A DNA stretch of 64,000 bases from Mobula hypostoma (lineage: Eukaryota), in NCBI RefSeq assembly GCF_963921235.1, contig NC_086108.1:54748001-54812000 (forward strand). Reading direction: 5' to 3'. The notes under the pieces are model-generated. The model searched no databases. It saw only the letters and a program-made list of their open reading frames with translations, and had not been told where the DNA came from. A program made the position numbers and the translations under genes. Of this stretch, positions 13,396 to 24,974 are shown piece by piece. Positions within the stretch are counted from its first letter, which is position 1, and each line of letters begins with the position of its first letter.

Positions 13396-13590
13396 GTATA
13401 TTGGATATATCTGTGAAATGGTTTCTGATAAACCCAAGCTCCCACATTGCAAGCCCATCGTCATTAAAACCATCACAGTGAGCCCAGTCCCTTGCTTTAA
13501 CAAGCAGAGAACTGGCTGCCGACCTTTTTTTGAGGTTTTTATTGGTGAAACAAAGATTTTTACTACTGCACAAGAATATGATAAAATGAG
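13396..13590 (+). CDS. DNAJC6: Auxilin exon (RYIGYICEMVSDKPKLPHCKP...TAQEYDKM), PTEN-like/C2 boundary
   Basis: tttttcattttag acceptor, AG|gtatga donor, 195 bp, phase 2-2; overlaps ORF 13418..13738. Confidence 0.95.
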
Positions 13591-14364
13591 GTATGATTCT
13601 GTCTTTAGCAAGTATTTTAGAGTATTTTCCCATAAAGACATTACCATCTGTAAATCTACGTATTTGATCAGTGGGCATTCTGAGTCCTGGTATCTGCTTA
13701 AAACATTAGACGTTGGAAGCTATTGTTTGCAATTTTAGTATCAATATTTTTGTCTGTACGGTCACTGCATACATAGATTTAATAGAATAATTAACTATGA
13801 TACATAATGTTGACAAATAGTTGACAATTTGAGTGTAACATAAGGATGTTTTTTAATCAGTGAACAAAATTTATTTTCTATCCAAACCTGTATCTAGTTT
13901 ATAAAAATGATTATTAAGTACAAAAATCCTGAAGACGATAGCAAAGCAAGCTAAATGCTGGAAATCTGAAGTAAAACCAGAAAATGTTGGGATTTCTCTG
14001 CTGAAAAGCTTTCACTTTCACTTGGTCAGTAACAACTATTGTGCTATTGCGTAGAATGGAATGAATTTTAGGGGCCGTGCACAACATGCTGATGTGAATG
14101 ACCCTGAAAGAATGTCCAGACCAGGGATCCCCAAACTGGAGTCCATGGACCCCTTGCTAATGGTATTGGTCCATGGCAAACCAAAGGTTGGAAACCTTCC
14201 AGACAAGACAAACTTCCCCCTGAAACAAGCTTCATACAGTGAATAAATAATTCCCTGTTAAGCATTCCTTTGAGAAACATCCTTTCGTGACAAATTATTG
14301 GAACTACAATGATCTGATTGTGCCTTGTTGCCCTGGTCTGTTCTAAAGAGAACTGAACCTACGT

Positions 14365-14593
14365 AACACACATCAAAGTTGCTGGTGAACGCAGCAGGCC
14401 AGGCAGCATCTCTAGGAAGAGGTACAGTTGACGTTTCAGGCCGAGACTCTTTGCCAGGAGTCCTGACGAAGGGTCTCAGCCTGAAACGTCGACTGTACCT
14501 CTTCCTAGAGATGCTGCCTGGCCTTCTGTGTTCACCAGCAACTTTGATGTGTGTTGCTTGAATTTCCAGCATCTGCAGAATTCCTGTTGTTTC
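14365..14593. mobile_element. PLE-derived fold-back insertion with hammerhead motifs
   Basis: ~95-bp inverted arms (14365-14459 / 14461-14555) plus PLE 3' tail; candidate TSD aacctacgtaa / aacctatgtaa (14356-14366, 14594-14604). Confidence 0.85.
14459..14494 (+). ncRNA. Minimal type-I hammerhead ribozyme motif, intact core
   Basis: agtc-CTGACGA-agg(gtctcag)cct-GAAA-cg-TC-gact; predicted GUC cleavage after 14490. Confidence 0.75.
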
Positions 14594-14846
14594 AACCTAT
14601 GTAAATTGTATTCTCTCTGGGAGAAAGTGGTCAGTAAATTCTGATGGAAATTAATATGCTGATGTTTCTGAGGTTACAGATTATCTGCATCATGCCTTGA
14701 GTGTAAAATCTAGTGATACCTTTGGAGTATTTTGCCTTTTTCTCCACCTGTCAAGGGCTTTTAAAGCAAAATAGGATTTTTCTTTTTATAAAGTAATATC
14801 TTTAATTTTAAAATATTACTAATTTTAAATTTCTTAAATCCTAAAG

Positions 14847-14964
14847 AGAGCATCGAATCCAGGAGGGAAAAGTCTTCGCTTCTTTGGGTGTTAGTGCCCA
14901 TGGAGATGTTGTTGTTGCTGCCTTTCATATGCGGTCAACAATTGGTGGAAGACTTCAAGCAAAG
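14847..14964 (+). CDS. DNAJC6: Auxilin exon, C2 domain (EHRIQEGKVFASLGVSAHGDVVVAAFHMRSTIGGRLQAK)
   Basis: aag acceptor, AAG|gttaga donor; RSTIGxRLQAK motif of auxilin/GAK; frame consistent. Confidence 0.95.
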
Positions 14965-16455
14965 GTTAGACAGTGTTGTAGCTTCATTTTTTGAATAGGG
15001 ATGTGTGAATTGTTCTACTCTTATGTTAGCAAACCTTTCCTGTTTATGGTTACTAATATAAAACGCTGTTGCTCTGGATCAGTTAAATGATTTTTGCATC
15101 ATTAAAGCAATGAAAAACTCTTACTGTTTCACTAATCTTTCATTAGGAGATTGTGGCATGTGCTGAAATGAAGCTGAGGGTTTTTGTTTCATATTTCCAG
15201 AATCATACCAAATTTCACATGATGCAGACCAGCCACATTTGGTCCTGGATTGTTGAACCTATTATGCACCAGTTCAGCACCAGTCATGATGCAGGGTTTC
15301 AACTTAAGATGTCAACAGTTCCTTCCCCCCCCCCAACCCCCTCACTTTCCATCTGCTTAATCTGCTGAGTTCCATTAGCAGGTTGCTTATTGCAAGAGAT
15401 ACTGAAGTCTGGTCAAAGAAAAAAGGAAGTTCATGATAAATTTAGGAAGTTGAACTCAGAAATTAGACAAGACCCTTGAGGAATATAAAAGAAGTAGAAA
15501 ATCAGCAAAACAAGAAATATAGAGTACTAAAAATGGCCATGAAGTGTCGTTGGCAAGTAAGTTTAAGGAGAATCCCAAGCCATTATATATTTGGAGCTGT
15601 AGGATAGCTTGGGAAACTGTGGGTCCACTGAAGGACAAAAGAGATTTCTGTGTGGTGTCAGAGGAAATGTGCAAAGTCCTCACTTGTTGTTGGAGAAGGG
15701 AATGGATGATGGTGAAATTAGAGAGAGGTATGCTGGCAAGTGAGGAGGTTGAGGAGGTCTTGATACCGTCTTTGTAGCCTCATTAGCCACGGGCAAGGTT
15801 CCAGAAGTTTATGTTTTTCCTTTGTTACAGAGCAACAGAGAAAAACTAGGAAATTATAGACTAGTGAGCTTTGCAACATTAGTATGGAAATGATTGTAGT
15901 TGATTCATAGGAACAGGATTTACTTGCATTCTCAAAAGCATGGACTGATTAGGGTTAGTTAGTCTGGCTTTAGAGGGGAGATCACATCTTTCAAATTTGA
16001 TTGAGTTTTATGAGCTTCTGATGCAGATGATTGATGAGGGGAAGGCAATGGATGTTGCGTATGTGTAAACACAAGAAAATGCAGCAACGTGAAATCTGCT
16101 CGACCTGCTGAGTTTCTTGGAAGAGATTGTCCGTTGTGTAATGGCCTTCAGTAAAGGAGTTGGCAAGGTTCCTTGTGGTAGATTAGTCCAGCAAATTAAG
16201 TGACATAGAATCCATGGTGAGCTAGTAAATTGGTAAACCTTCCTTATCAATCATCATGCTACTGGGTAGATTTAAACAGTGCACTTTAGTAAAGCTTTGT
16301 GGCTTTCGAATCTGAAACTGACAGTATAGTCCAATGCAATAAATTATATTCATTATATATTTCTAACTTTAGTTGTATTTTCTCTATGCTGTTGCTGATC
16401 CATGACTTTATTACTAGAATTTTATGTTTTTGCTGTGCTTGCTTTCCCAATTTAG

Positions 16456-16535
16456 CTAACAAACACACAGATATTTCAGATTCAAGTCCACACTGGATTT
16501 ATTGCTCCTGGAACAACTGTTTTAAAGTTTACAAA
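16456..16535 (+). CDS. DNAJC6: Auxilin exon, C2 domain (LTNTQIFQIQVHTGFIAPGTTVLKFTK)
   Basis: tttag acceptor, AA|gtgagt donor; matches auxilin TNTQIFQLQFHTGFI. Confidence 0.95.
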
Positions 16536-17046
16536 GTGAGTAGGAGCTTATTGTACTTTTAATCTAACCAAAATAAATTTCTGGGCATTTTTCTTTTGAT
16601 AAGTATCGTTTTGTGTCCTTAGAACAATATTTATCAAATGTTAATGTCAATTGCAAAATTATTTCTTCTTCTTTGCTACCGCCACCCTCTGCCGCTCAAC
16701 ACAGTCCAAACAGAGTCATTTATTACATTGTTATTGACTCAAGTCATGTTATAACCCAGCTCTCTTTCAGAATTTTCTGTCTGACAGCTCTTGTTGTTCA
16801 TTACTCATTACAGTCGGTTTATTTTGGTAGTCAAAAATGAAATTGCATTTGCAGAATTGTATTTGTGCATCTTTATCAGGTGGAAACTAGGTAGCAGATA
16901 ACTCAATACTTGGGGATGCGGTGGGAGTGGGGGGGGGGAGAGGGTGGAGCAGAGTCTGTGACTACAAACAGGTCTCCAGGGCGAAGCTGCCATCCATGGT
17001 CGGTGATGTCTCAGTGGTTGCTGAACATTCTCAATGAGGAGGGTGA

Positions 17047-17260
17047 AAGAAGAAGATAACTCTCAGTGGAGTTATCGGGACACCGTCATTTGACGGCGTT
17101 TTTTTTTAGCAGGCTTTCTTATTTTTACGAGGCTGAGTTGCTAGCTTGTCGCTCAACCCAGCACAGGTGGAAAGCGTGCAAGGGAGCCGGCTGGATTCGA
17201 ACACGGGAGCCTTTGCTCCGAAGTCCGGCGCTGATGCCACTAGGCCACCAGCCGGCCAGG
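17047..17260 (-). mobile_element. tRNA(Arg-TCG)-derived SINE with (TTC)n tail
   Basis: Minus-strand A box TGGCCTAGTGG, GACTTCGGA loop, B box GTTCGAATC; TSD ggagggtga at 17038-17046 and 17261-17269; second copy at 52024. Confidence 0.88.
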
Positions 17261-18820
17261 GGAGGGTGAGCAACCAGAAATTATTGTGCATGTTGGCATA
17301 AATGATATGGGTAGGGAAAAGGATGAAGTCCTGAATTGTACTTCAGCATAGGAAATGGGAGCAGAAGTAGGTCATCTGGCTCATTGAACCTGCTCTGCCA
17401 TTCAGTAAGATCATGGCTGACCTGGCTGTGGGCATGGCTCCACCTACCTGCCTTTTTCCTATAACCCTTAATTTCTGAACTATGCAAAAATCCAACTGAG
17501 TCTTAAATGTATTTAATGATTTAGCCTATGTGTTAATAAGAGTAAGAGAATTTGGCAAATTAATGCGTTGCTGAAAAGTTGGTGCAGGGTTTTGATATTT
17601 TGGATCTTTAGGAACCCTAATCAGTATTTTTGCAATATGTGACTCTTATTTCATAAAAATAAAACATGAAGATGCCCAAGAAACATAATCAGATTGGGGA
17701 ATAAGCAAACAATACCCAGAAAGGAGAAGAGGAAATAGCAGAAGGGACAAAGGCAAACCTTAAAAAGGGAGATTGAACGATTTGCTTAGGAGAAATGTCA
17801 ATGGAAAGTAGGACAGTTATCCAAATATCGTTGGAATCAATGTTCATTTATCGAAGTTAACCAACTGATTTTTTTTTTTGCCTCACTATTTTAGAATTCC
17901 TGAATTGTTCTCTGATGATCAGTTATTGAATTAGGTTAATTGCATCTCATTGCATGTTTGGTGTACAATTATTGTGCATTAAGAAAACATTGGTTCCCTT
18001 GTTGCTGAAATTGTCTAGATTGCAGAGCAGTTTGTTGTGACAGTAGTGTGGACAGAAGTTCATGATGAATATTGTGCCTCAGTAGGCATAATCTGGTACA
18101 TTCAGGACTTGTGTGCCTGATTAACAGGTTTTTCCAGACAACAAGTTGGTATGTCCTTATAATATCTTAGTATTTTGTAAAATTTCACTTTTTTTAGTGT
18201 CTTGTACAATTGTAATAAATTTTCCTGGTAGGTTTATTTGGAGTGTGGGAATTGGGTGGATAGAGTTGATGGTATAATGAGGTAAATGGATTACAGGGGT
18301 TGATGGTATTGCTCTGAGACATTGCTGATTCAATATGCTGAATGGCTTCCTCTGTACCAAGGAATTATGGAATATTTTTCTCTGCTCTAAAGCTTTCTTC
18401 TCACTGTGAATCACAAGGTTAGTTTTGCATTATCTGCAGATTTCTTTATCACACATTCTGCATTTAGGTCTAAATCATAATATATTGGAAAGAGCTTGGG
18501 ATTGAGTGCTGAGCCCTGTAGAATCTTGTGAGTAATAGCCTTCAAGCTTTTTCCCCCACATAAATAATCATAGTCAAATATTTTTGCTTCTGAGCTAATT
18601 ACAGATCCAATTGGCCCCTCTCATTTGTATCCCCGGGTTATTATTCTGTTGAGCAGACCACCATGTGTATGTAACCTTATTGAAAGCTTTGCAAAAATCC
18701 ATGTAAGTGCATTCATTGCTCTACTCCAACTGGCTTCCCTGTTGCCTTCTCAAAAAATTCAGTCGCATTACTGAGGCAAAACCTTCCCTTAACCTGTCCA
18801 TCTTGACTGCTCATGATTAA

Positions 18821-19463
18821 ACATAGAAAACCTACAGCACAATACAGGCCCTTCGGCCCACAAAGCTGTGCCGAACATGTCCTTACCTTAGAAATTACCT
18901 AAGGTTACCCATGGCCCAGCTAAGCTCCATCTACCTATCTAGGAGTCTCTTAAAAGACCCTATTGTTTTTGCCTCTACCACCATTGCCGGCAGCCCATTC
19001 CACGCACTCACCACTCTCTGCGTTTTTTTAAAAAAAACTGACCCCTGACATCTCCTCTGTACCTACTTCCAAGCATCTTAAAACTGTGCCCTCTCGCACC
19101 AACCGTTTCAGCTCTGGGAAAAAGCCTCTGACTATCCACACGATCAATGCTTCTCATCATCTTATACACCTCTATCAGGTCACCTCTCATCCTCCGTCAC
19201 TCCAAGGAGAAAAGACCGAGTTCATTCAACCTATTCTCATAAGGCATGCTCCCCAATCCAGGCAACGTCCTTGTAAATCTCCTCTGCACCCTTTCTATGG
19301 TTTCCACATCGTTCCTATAGTGAGGCAACCAGAACTGAGCCCAGTACTCCAAGTGGGGTCTGACCAGGGTCCTTTATAACTGCAACATTACCTCTAGGCT
19401 CCTAAACTCAGTCCCATGATTGATGAAGGCCAATGCACCATATGCCTTCTTAACCACAGAGTC
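18821..19463 (-). mobile_element. CR1 3' fragment inserted in an older CR1 remnant
   Basis: MRGDLIEVYK...RLFP C-terminal motif; candidate attaa TSD. Confidence 0.85.
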
Positions 19464-20688
19464 ATTAATCTGTGATATTTCTCAAGGAAATCTGTGATAA
19501 TTTAGAATGAGCTTCAGTAATTTGCCTACCACTTAAAACTGAGCAAACTGATCTGCAGTTTACTTGGTCATCCATTCTTTTTGAACCATAGTGTAATACT
19601 AACAGATCTATAATCTACTGACACCAACCCTGTAGCCATGGATTATAAAATGGTAGTCTGTGCTCTGCAGTTTTCTTCCTTGTTTCTTTCAGCAAGCTCG
19701 GATATAGTAAAATTCAGCCGTACTGATCATCAATTGTCAAAGGTGATAAACTGCATCGCACTTTGTATTATGCTTGGTGAATTCCAGAATTTCAACTCAT
19801 TCTCCTGTGAGCATCATCATTCTCCGAAACAAAATATTCAAAGCAGTATAGTGCTTCTGCATGAATAAAGAGAGAGATTACATTTTTAGTTAATTGATTT
19901 TTAATCAGTTTTTGTTCAGTTAATTAGAAATATTGGATCATTAAAATTAGGACCTTCATTAGCTGTGTAGTTCTGCATTGGTGCAAGACTCTGACCAAGC
20001 GACAGCAAAGCTCTGAGCATTTGTTTACATGCCAATTTAACTTCAGAATTCTAATGGAGCAGGTTCATAAATTGTGTATTGATTTTCATAACACATCAAT
20101 GATTAAGGAAGTAAGTCTGCAGAAAGCGATGCACAGGAGATGCATTTTGAATGTCTAGTTTTGAAATCTTTGGTTTCCTGGACAGTTTAAAGGTTAGACT
20201 GATTGAAGGTCTACACTATAAATAAGTACAACTTTCTAATATCTGGGAAATGGAGAACTTCCAAATAACATTGTGTTTCTAAGTTAACACTTCACGTTCA
20301 TAACAATAGCAGCTACAATTCACCGTTCTGATGCAATCCAATGTATCCTTGAACAATATGTCTAAAGCTTCTTAAACCATTAACTCAAACTTTTTTTTCA
20401 AATCATGTTTTCAATAACGCAAATTCACTTGTTTCTGTTCCTCTATAACAGCAGTAGAAACTGATATTCAAAGGCTGCACTATATTCTTCCACTCCTTTA
20501 AGAGCTGGATCTATTTCTAGTTAAGTGACAGCTGAAATACTGTGTTAGGAAAATAAATGTATTGTCTATTTCTAAAAGATTACAAATTGTTAACATCTCA
20601 CATTTAAAAATTGAGATTTTATAAGGATAAAAAAATTCAAAAATATCCATTGGTAATAACTACCTGCTGGTTATTTTTTGAAATTCAG

Positions 20689-20879
20689 ACCTGAGTTGGA
20701 TGCTTGTGATTCTCCAGAGAAGTATCCCCCAATGTTTCATGTGATACTGGAAGTGGAGGTTGAAACCTCTGATAAAAGATTTGACCTGACTCCACCCTGG
20801 GAGCAGTGGGACACCAAAGATCTTGAACCCAAAATCCTTTTTTCAAGCCACCAAGAGCATCAGGAAACTTTCGCAGCAG
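20689..20879 (+). CDS. DNAJC6: Auxilin exon (PELDACDSPEKYP...DLTPPWE...LFSSHQEHQETFAA)
   Basis: ttcag acceptor, G|gtattg donor; PELDACD, DLTPPWE and SSHQEHQ are auxilin-like rather than GAK-like. Confidence 0.95.
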
Positions 20880-22134
20880 GTATTGATGTAATTCTGTCTG
20901 AGAGGGTATACAATTGATATTATATGATCATGAAGACACGTAGTCCTCTTTTATTGTCATTTAGTAATGCATGCTTCATATTTTTGAAATATTGTTCATA
21001 TTTCAATAGTCATGAGTGTAATGTTCGGTTTGGGCACAATTTCTGCATCTCCTTTGCTTGACAGATAACTAATTGATAATGGCATTGTATATTGAGGTAA
21101 GTACTGGATAGTGTTTTCTTGGTACTGGGACTGGGCATGGTTTGACTGGTAGGAAGGTAGTATGTTGTATGTAGTTTGATGTTGGAGAAAATTTATGTGT
21201 AATTTTTTCAGGTTATTAACTGAGTAGGATAAAAGTAATGAATAATTCAGATATTCCACAGTTAGCTCTTGTACAGTTATCAATTTTTTAAAATTTAGTA
21301 ATAGTTGAGATGTGTGCTGCCATTTACTGTAGCTATCACCAACAGATAATGACCTTGCAAATTTACATATGGGGACAGATAAATCTTTTTAAAACAGAAA
21401 AGCCTAGATTTCTTGATGTTAAGAAGGATTATTGTTTCCTCATTTCTGAATAGCAGAACAATTGATCTTGGCTTCCAGTGCAAAGCTTTGCATTTTGGGG
21501 TGCTTTTGTGACTATTCTAATACACAAGACCCCTCCATCTCCAGGTTTGCTTTCCAGATTTCTACAGTTCATTTCCATTCAGTGAAGCTTGGACATGCTG
21601 AAGCTTACCACATAATGCAAAAAGCAGGAAGAGAGTTTGATATGAGCAAGGGACAGCTTTTAAACATTTGTGGGGTGAAGGAGGGTTTTACTGTAGATTA
21701 CATTTATCAATTTGATCAAACTTGTATTCAATGGTATCAGTCTAAGAAAAGAAGCAGGCAAAGACAGCCTGTGTATCAAATTTCATGATTTTTAGGGCAT
21801 TCAAAACACCTAACAGCAAATAAAATTCTTGTTAAGATTGGTCCATCTTGTAATGTACTTATGAAGTTATGCAACCAGTTTATACACACCAAGATCCAAC
21901 AGATAGTATAGTGATCAGGTTATCTATTCATTGTGATATTAGCTGAAGAGTGTACAGTATGTTGGATAGGCACAGGGAACAATGTGCTTACTTTAGAAGA
22001 TAAATGGCTCAGTATAATTTCTCAATGACGTATAGCATTTCCGACTGTGCGATACTCAGTGTTGAATAGGAGCAACACACATCAAAGTTGCTGGTGAACG
22101 CAGTAGGCCAGGCAGCATCTCTAGGAAGAGGTAC

Positions 22135-22170
22135 AGTCAACATTTCGGGCTGTGACCCTTCGTCAGGACT
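22135..22170 (-). ncRNA. Hammerhead motif in the PLE 3' UTR, same sense as the PLE ORF
   Basis: Minus strand agtc-CTGACGA-agggtcacagccc-GAAA-tg-tt-gact. Confidence 0.7.
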
Positions 22171-22775
22171 AACTGAAAGAAGAGCTAGTAAGAGATTTGA
22201 GAGGGGGAAGGGGGAGATCTGAAATGATAGGAGAAGACAGGAGGGGGAGGGATGGAGCCAAGCGCTGGAAAGTTGATTGGCAAAAGAGATATGAGAGGAT
22301 CATGGGACAGGAGGCCTAGGGAGAAAGAAAAGGGGGAGGGGGGAAAAGCCCAGAGGATGGACAAGGGGTATAGTCAGAGGGACAGAGGGAGAAAAAGAAT
22401 GTGTGTATATAAATAAATAACAGATGGGGTACGAGGGGGAGGTGGGGCATTAGCGGAAGTTTGAGAAGTCAATGTTTATGCCATCAGGTTGGAGGCTACC
22501 CAGACGGAATATAAGATGTTGTTCCTTCAACCTGAGTGTGGCTTCATCTTTACAGTAGAGTAGGCCGTGGATAGACATGTCAGAATGGGAATGGGACGTG
22601 GAATTAAAATGTGTGGTCACTGGGAGATCCTGCTTTCTCTGGTGGGCAGAACATAGGTGTTCAGCGAAACGACCTCCCAGTCTGCGTCGGGTCTCGCCAA
22701 TATATAGAAGGCCACATCGGGAGCACCGGATGCAGTATATCACCCCAGCCGACTCACAGGTGAAGTATCACCTCA

Positions 22776-23001
22776 AACAACAGGAATTCTGCAGATGCTG
22801 GAAATTCAAGCAACACACATCAAAGTTACTGATGAACGCAGCAGGCCAGGCAGCATCTCTAGGAAGAGGTACCGTCGACGTTTCAGGCTGAGACCCTTTG
22901 TCAGGACCCTTCGCCAGTCCTAACGAAGGGTCTCGGCCTGAAACGTCGACTGTACCTCTTCCTAGAGATGCTGCCTGGCCTGCTGCATTCACCAGCAACT
23001 T
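22776..23001. mobile_element. PLE-derived fold-back element nested in the GIY-YIG region of the Penelope copy
   Basis: 15-bp direct repeat tgaagtatcacctca (22761-22775, 23002-23016); inverted arms each with a mutated hammerhead core (CTGACAA, CTAACGA). Confidence 0.9.
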
Positions 23002-24974
23002 TGAAGTATCACCTCACCTGGAAGGACTGTCTGGGGCCCTGAATGGTGGTGTGGGAGGAAGTGTAAGGGCATGTGTAGCTCTTGTTCTGTTTACAAGGAT
23101 AAGTGCCAGGAGGGAGATTGGTAGAGAGGGATTGGAGGGGAACGAATGGGCAAGGGAGTCGCGTAGGGAGCGATCCTGCGGAAAGCGGGGGTGGGGGAGG
23201 GAAAGATGTGCTTCGTGGTGGGATCCTGTTGGAGGTGGCGGAAGTTACGGAGAATTATACACTGGACCCGGAGGCTGGTGGGGTGGTAGGTGAGGACAAG
23301 GGGAATCCTATTCCTAGTGGGGTGGCAGGAGGATGGAGTGAGAGCAGATGTGCGTGAAATGGGGGGAGATGAGTTTGAGAGCAGAGTTGATGGTGGAGGA
23401 AGGGAAGCCCCTTTCTTTAAAAAAGGAGGACACCTCCCTTGTCCTGGAATAAAAAGCCTCATCCTGAGAGCAGATGCGGCAGAGACAGAGGAATTGCAAG
23501 AAGGGGATGGCATTTTTGCAAGAGACAGGGTGAGAAGAAGAATAGTCCAGATAGCTGTGAGAGTCAGTCGGCTTATAGTAGGCATCAGTAGATAAGCTGC
23601 CTCCAGAGACAGGGACAGAAAGATCTAAAAAGGGGAGGGAGGTGTCGGAAATGGACCAGGTAAACTTGAGGGCAGGGTGAAAGTTGGAGGCAAAGTTAAT
23701 GAAGTCAACGAGCTCAGCATGCGTGCAGGAAGCAGCGCCAATGCAGTCGTCGATGTAGCGAGGGGAAAAATGGGGGACAGATACCAGAATAAGTTTGGAA
23801 CATAGATTGTTCCACAAAGCGGACAAAAAGGCAGGCATAGCTAGGACCCATACAGGTGCCCATGGCTGCACCTTTAGTTTGGAGGAAGTGGGAGGAGCCA
23901 AAGGAGAAATTGTTACGAGTAAGGACTAATTCCGCTAGACAGAGCAGAGTGGTGGTAGAGGGGAACTGGTTAGGTCTGAAATCCAAAAAGAAGCGTAGAG
24001 CTTTGAGACCTTCCTGATGGGGGATGGAAGTATATAGGGACTGGACATCCATGGTGAAAATAAAGCGGTGGGGGCCAGGGAACTTAAAATCATTGAAAAG
24101 TTTAAGAGCGTGAGAAGTGTCACGAACATAGGTAGGAAGGGATTGAACAAGGGGGGATAAAACCGTGTCGAGGTATGCAGAAATGAGTTCGGTGGGGCAG
24201 GAGCAAGCTGAGACAATAGGTCTACCAGGACAGGCAGGTTTGTGGATCTTGGGTAGGGGGTAGAAACGGGAAGTGCGGGGTTTGGGAACTATAAGGTTGG
24301 TAGCAGTGGATGGGAGATCCCCTGAGCGGATAAAGTCGGTGATGGTGTGGGAGACAATGGCCTGGTGCTCCTTAGTGGGGTCATGATCGAGGGGTAAATA
24401 AGAGGAGGTATCCGCAAGTTGTCGCTGTGCCTTGGCAAGGTATAGATCAGTACACCAGACTACAAAGCACCCACCTTATCGGCAGGTTTTATAGTAAGGT
24501 TAGGATTAGTGCGGAGGGAGTGGAGAGCAGAGTGTTCGGAAGGAGTGAGGTTGGAATGGGAACAAGGTGTGGTGAAGTCGAGACGGTTGATGTCCCGTCG
24601 GCAGTTAGCAATAAAGAGATCCAGAGCAGGCAGAAAACCAGAGCGGGATGTCCTTGAAGAGGAGGTTGAAGACGGGAGAAGGGGTCATCAGTGGGGGTGG
24701 GAGAGTCCTTGCCAAAGAAGTGGGCTCGGAGACGGAGCCGGCGGAAGAAGAGTTCCGCGTCATGGCGAACGCGGAACTCGCTGAGGTGTGGGCGAAGGGG
24801 GACAAAGGTGAGGCCCTTACTGAGGACAGAGTGTTCTGTCTCAGACAGTTGAAGGTCAGAGGGGATGGTAAAGACCTGGCACAGATGAGAATAGGAGTGT
24901 CTGTTTAAATTTAAGTTTATATCCCTTGAGTGACATTTGGAACCCCAACTTTTTGATTTGGGCTCAAATAAGAT

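Larger units (their letters stand above)
22073..24900 (-). mobile_element. Penelope-like retroelement (RT + GIY-YIG), frameshifted
   Basis: LSKGLTFVP, MDVQSLYTSIPH, GAAMGTCMGPSYA, RYIDD, FLDLSV, YYKPTDSH; GIY-YIG IYCIRCSRCGLLYIGET (22450-22743); 3' UTR with hammerhead. Confidence 0.93.

Noticed and set aside
17184..17257. Functional tRNA-Arg gene
   Set aside because: Embedded in a TSD-flanked unit with body and tail, repeated at 52024; it is a SINE head
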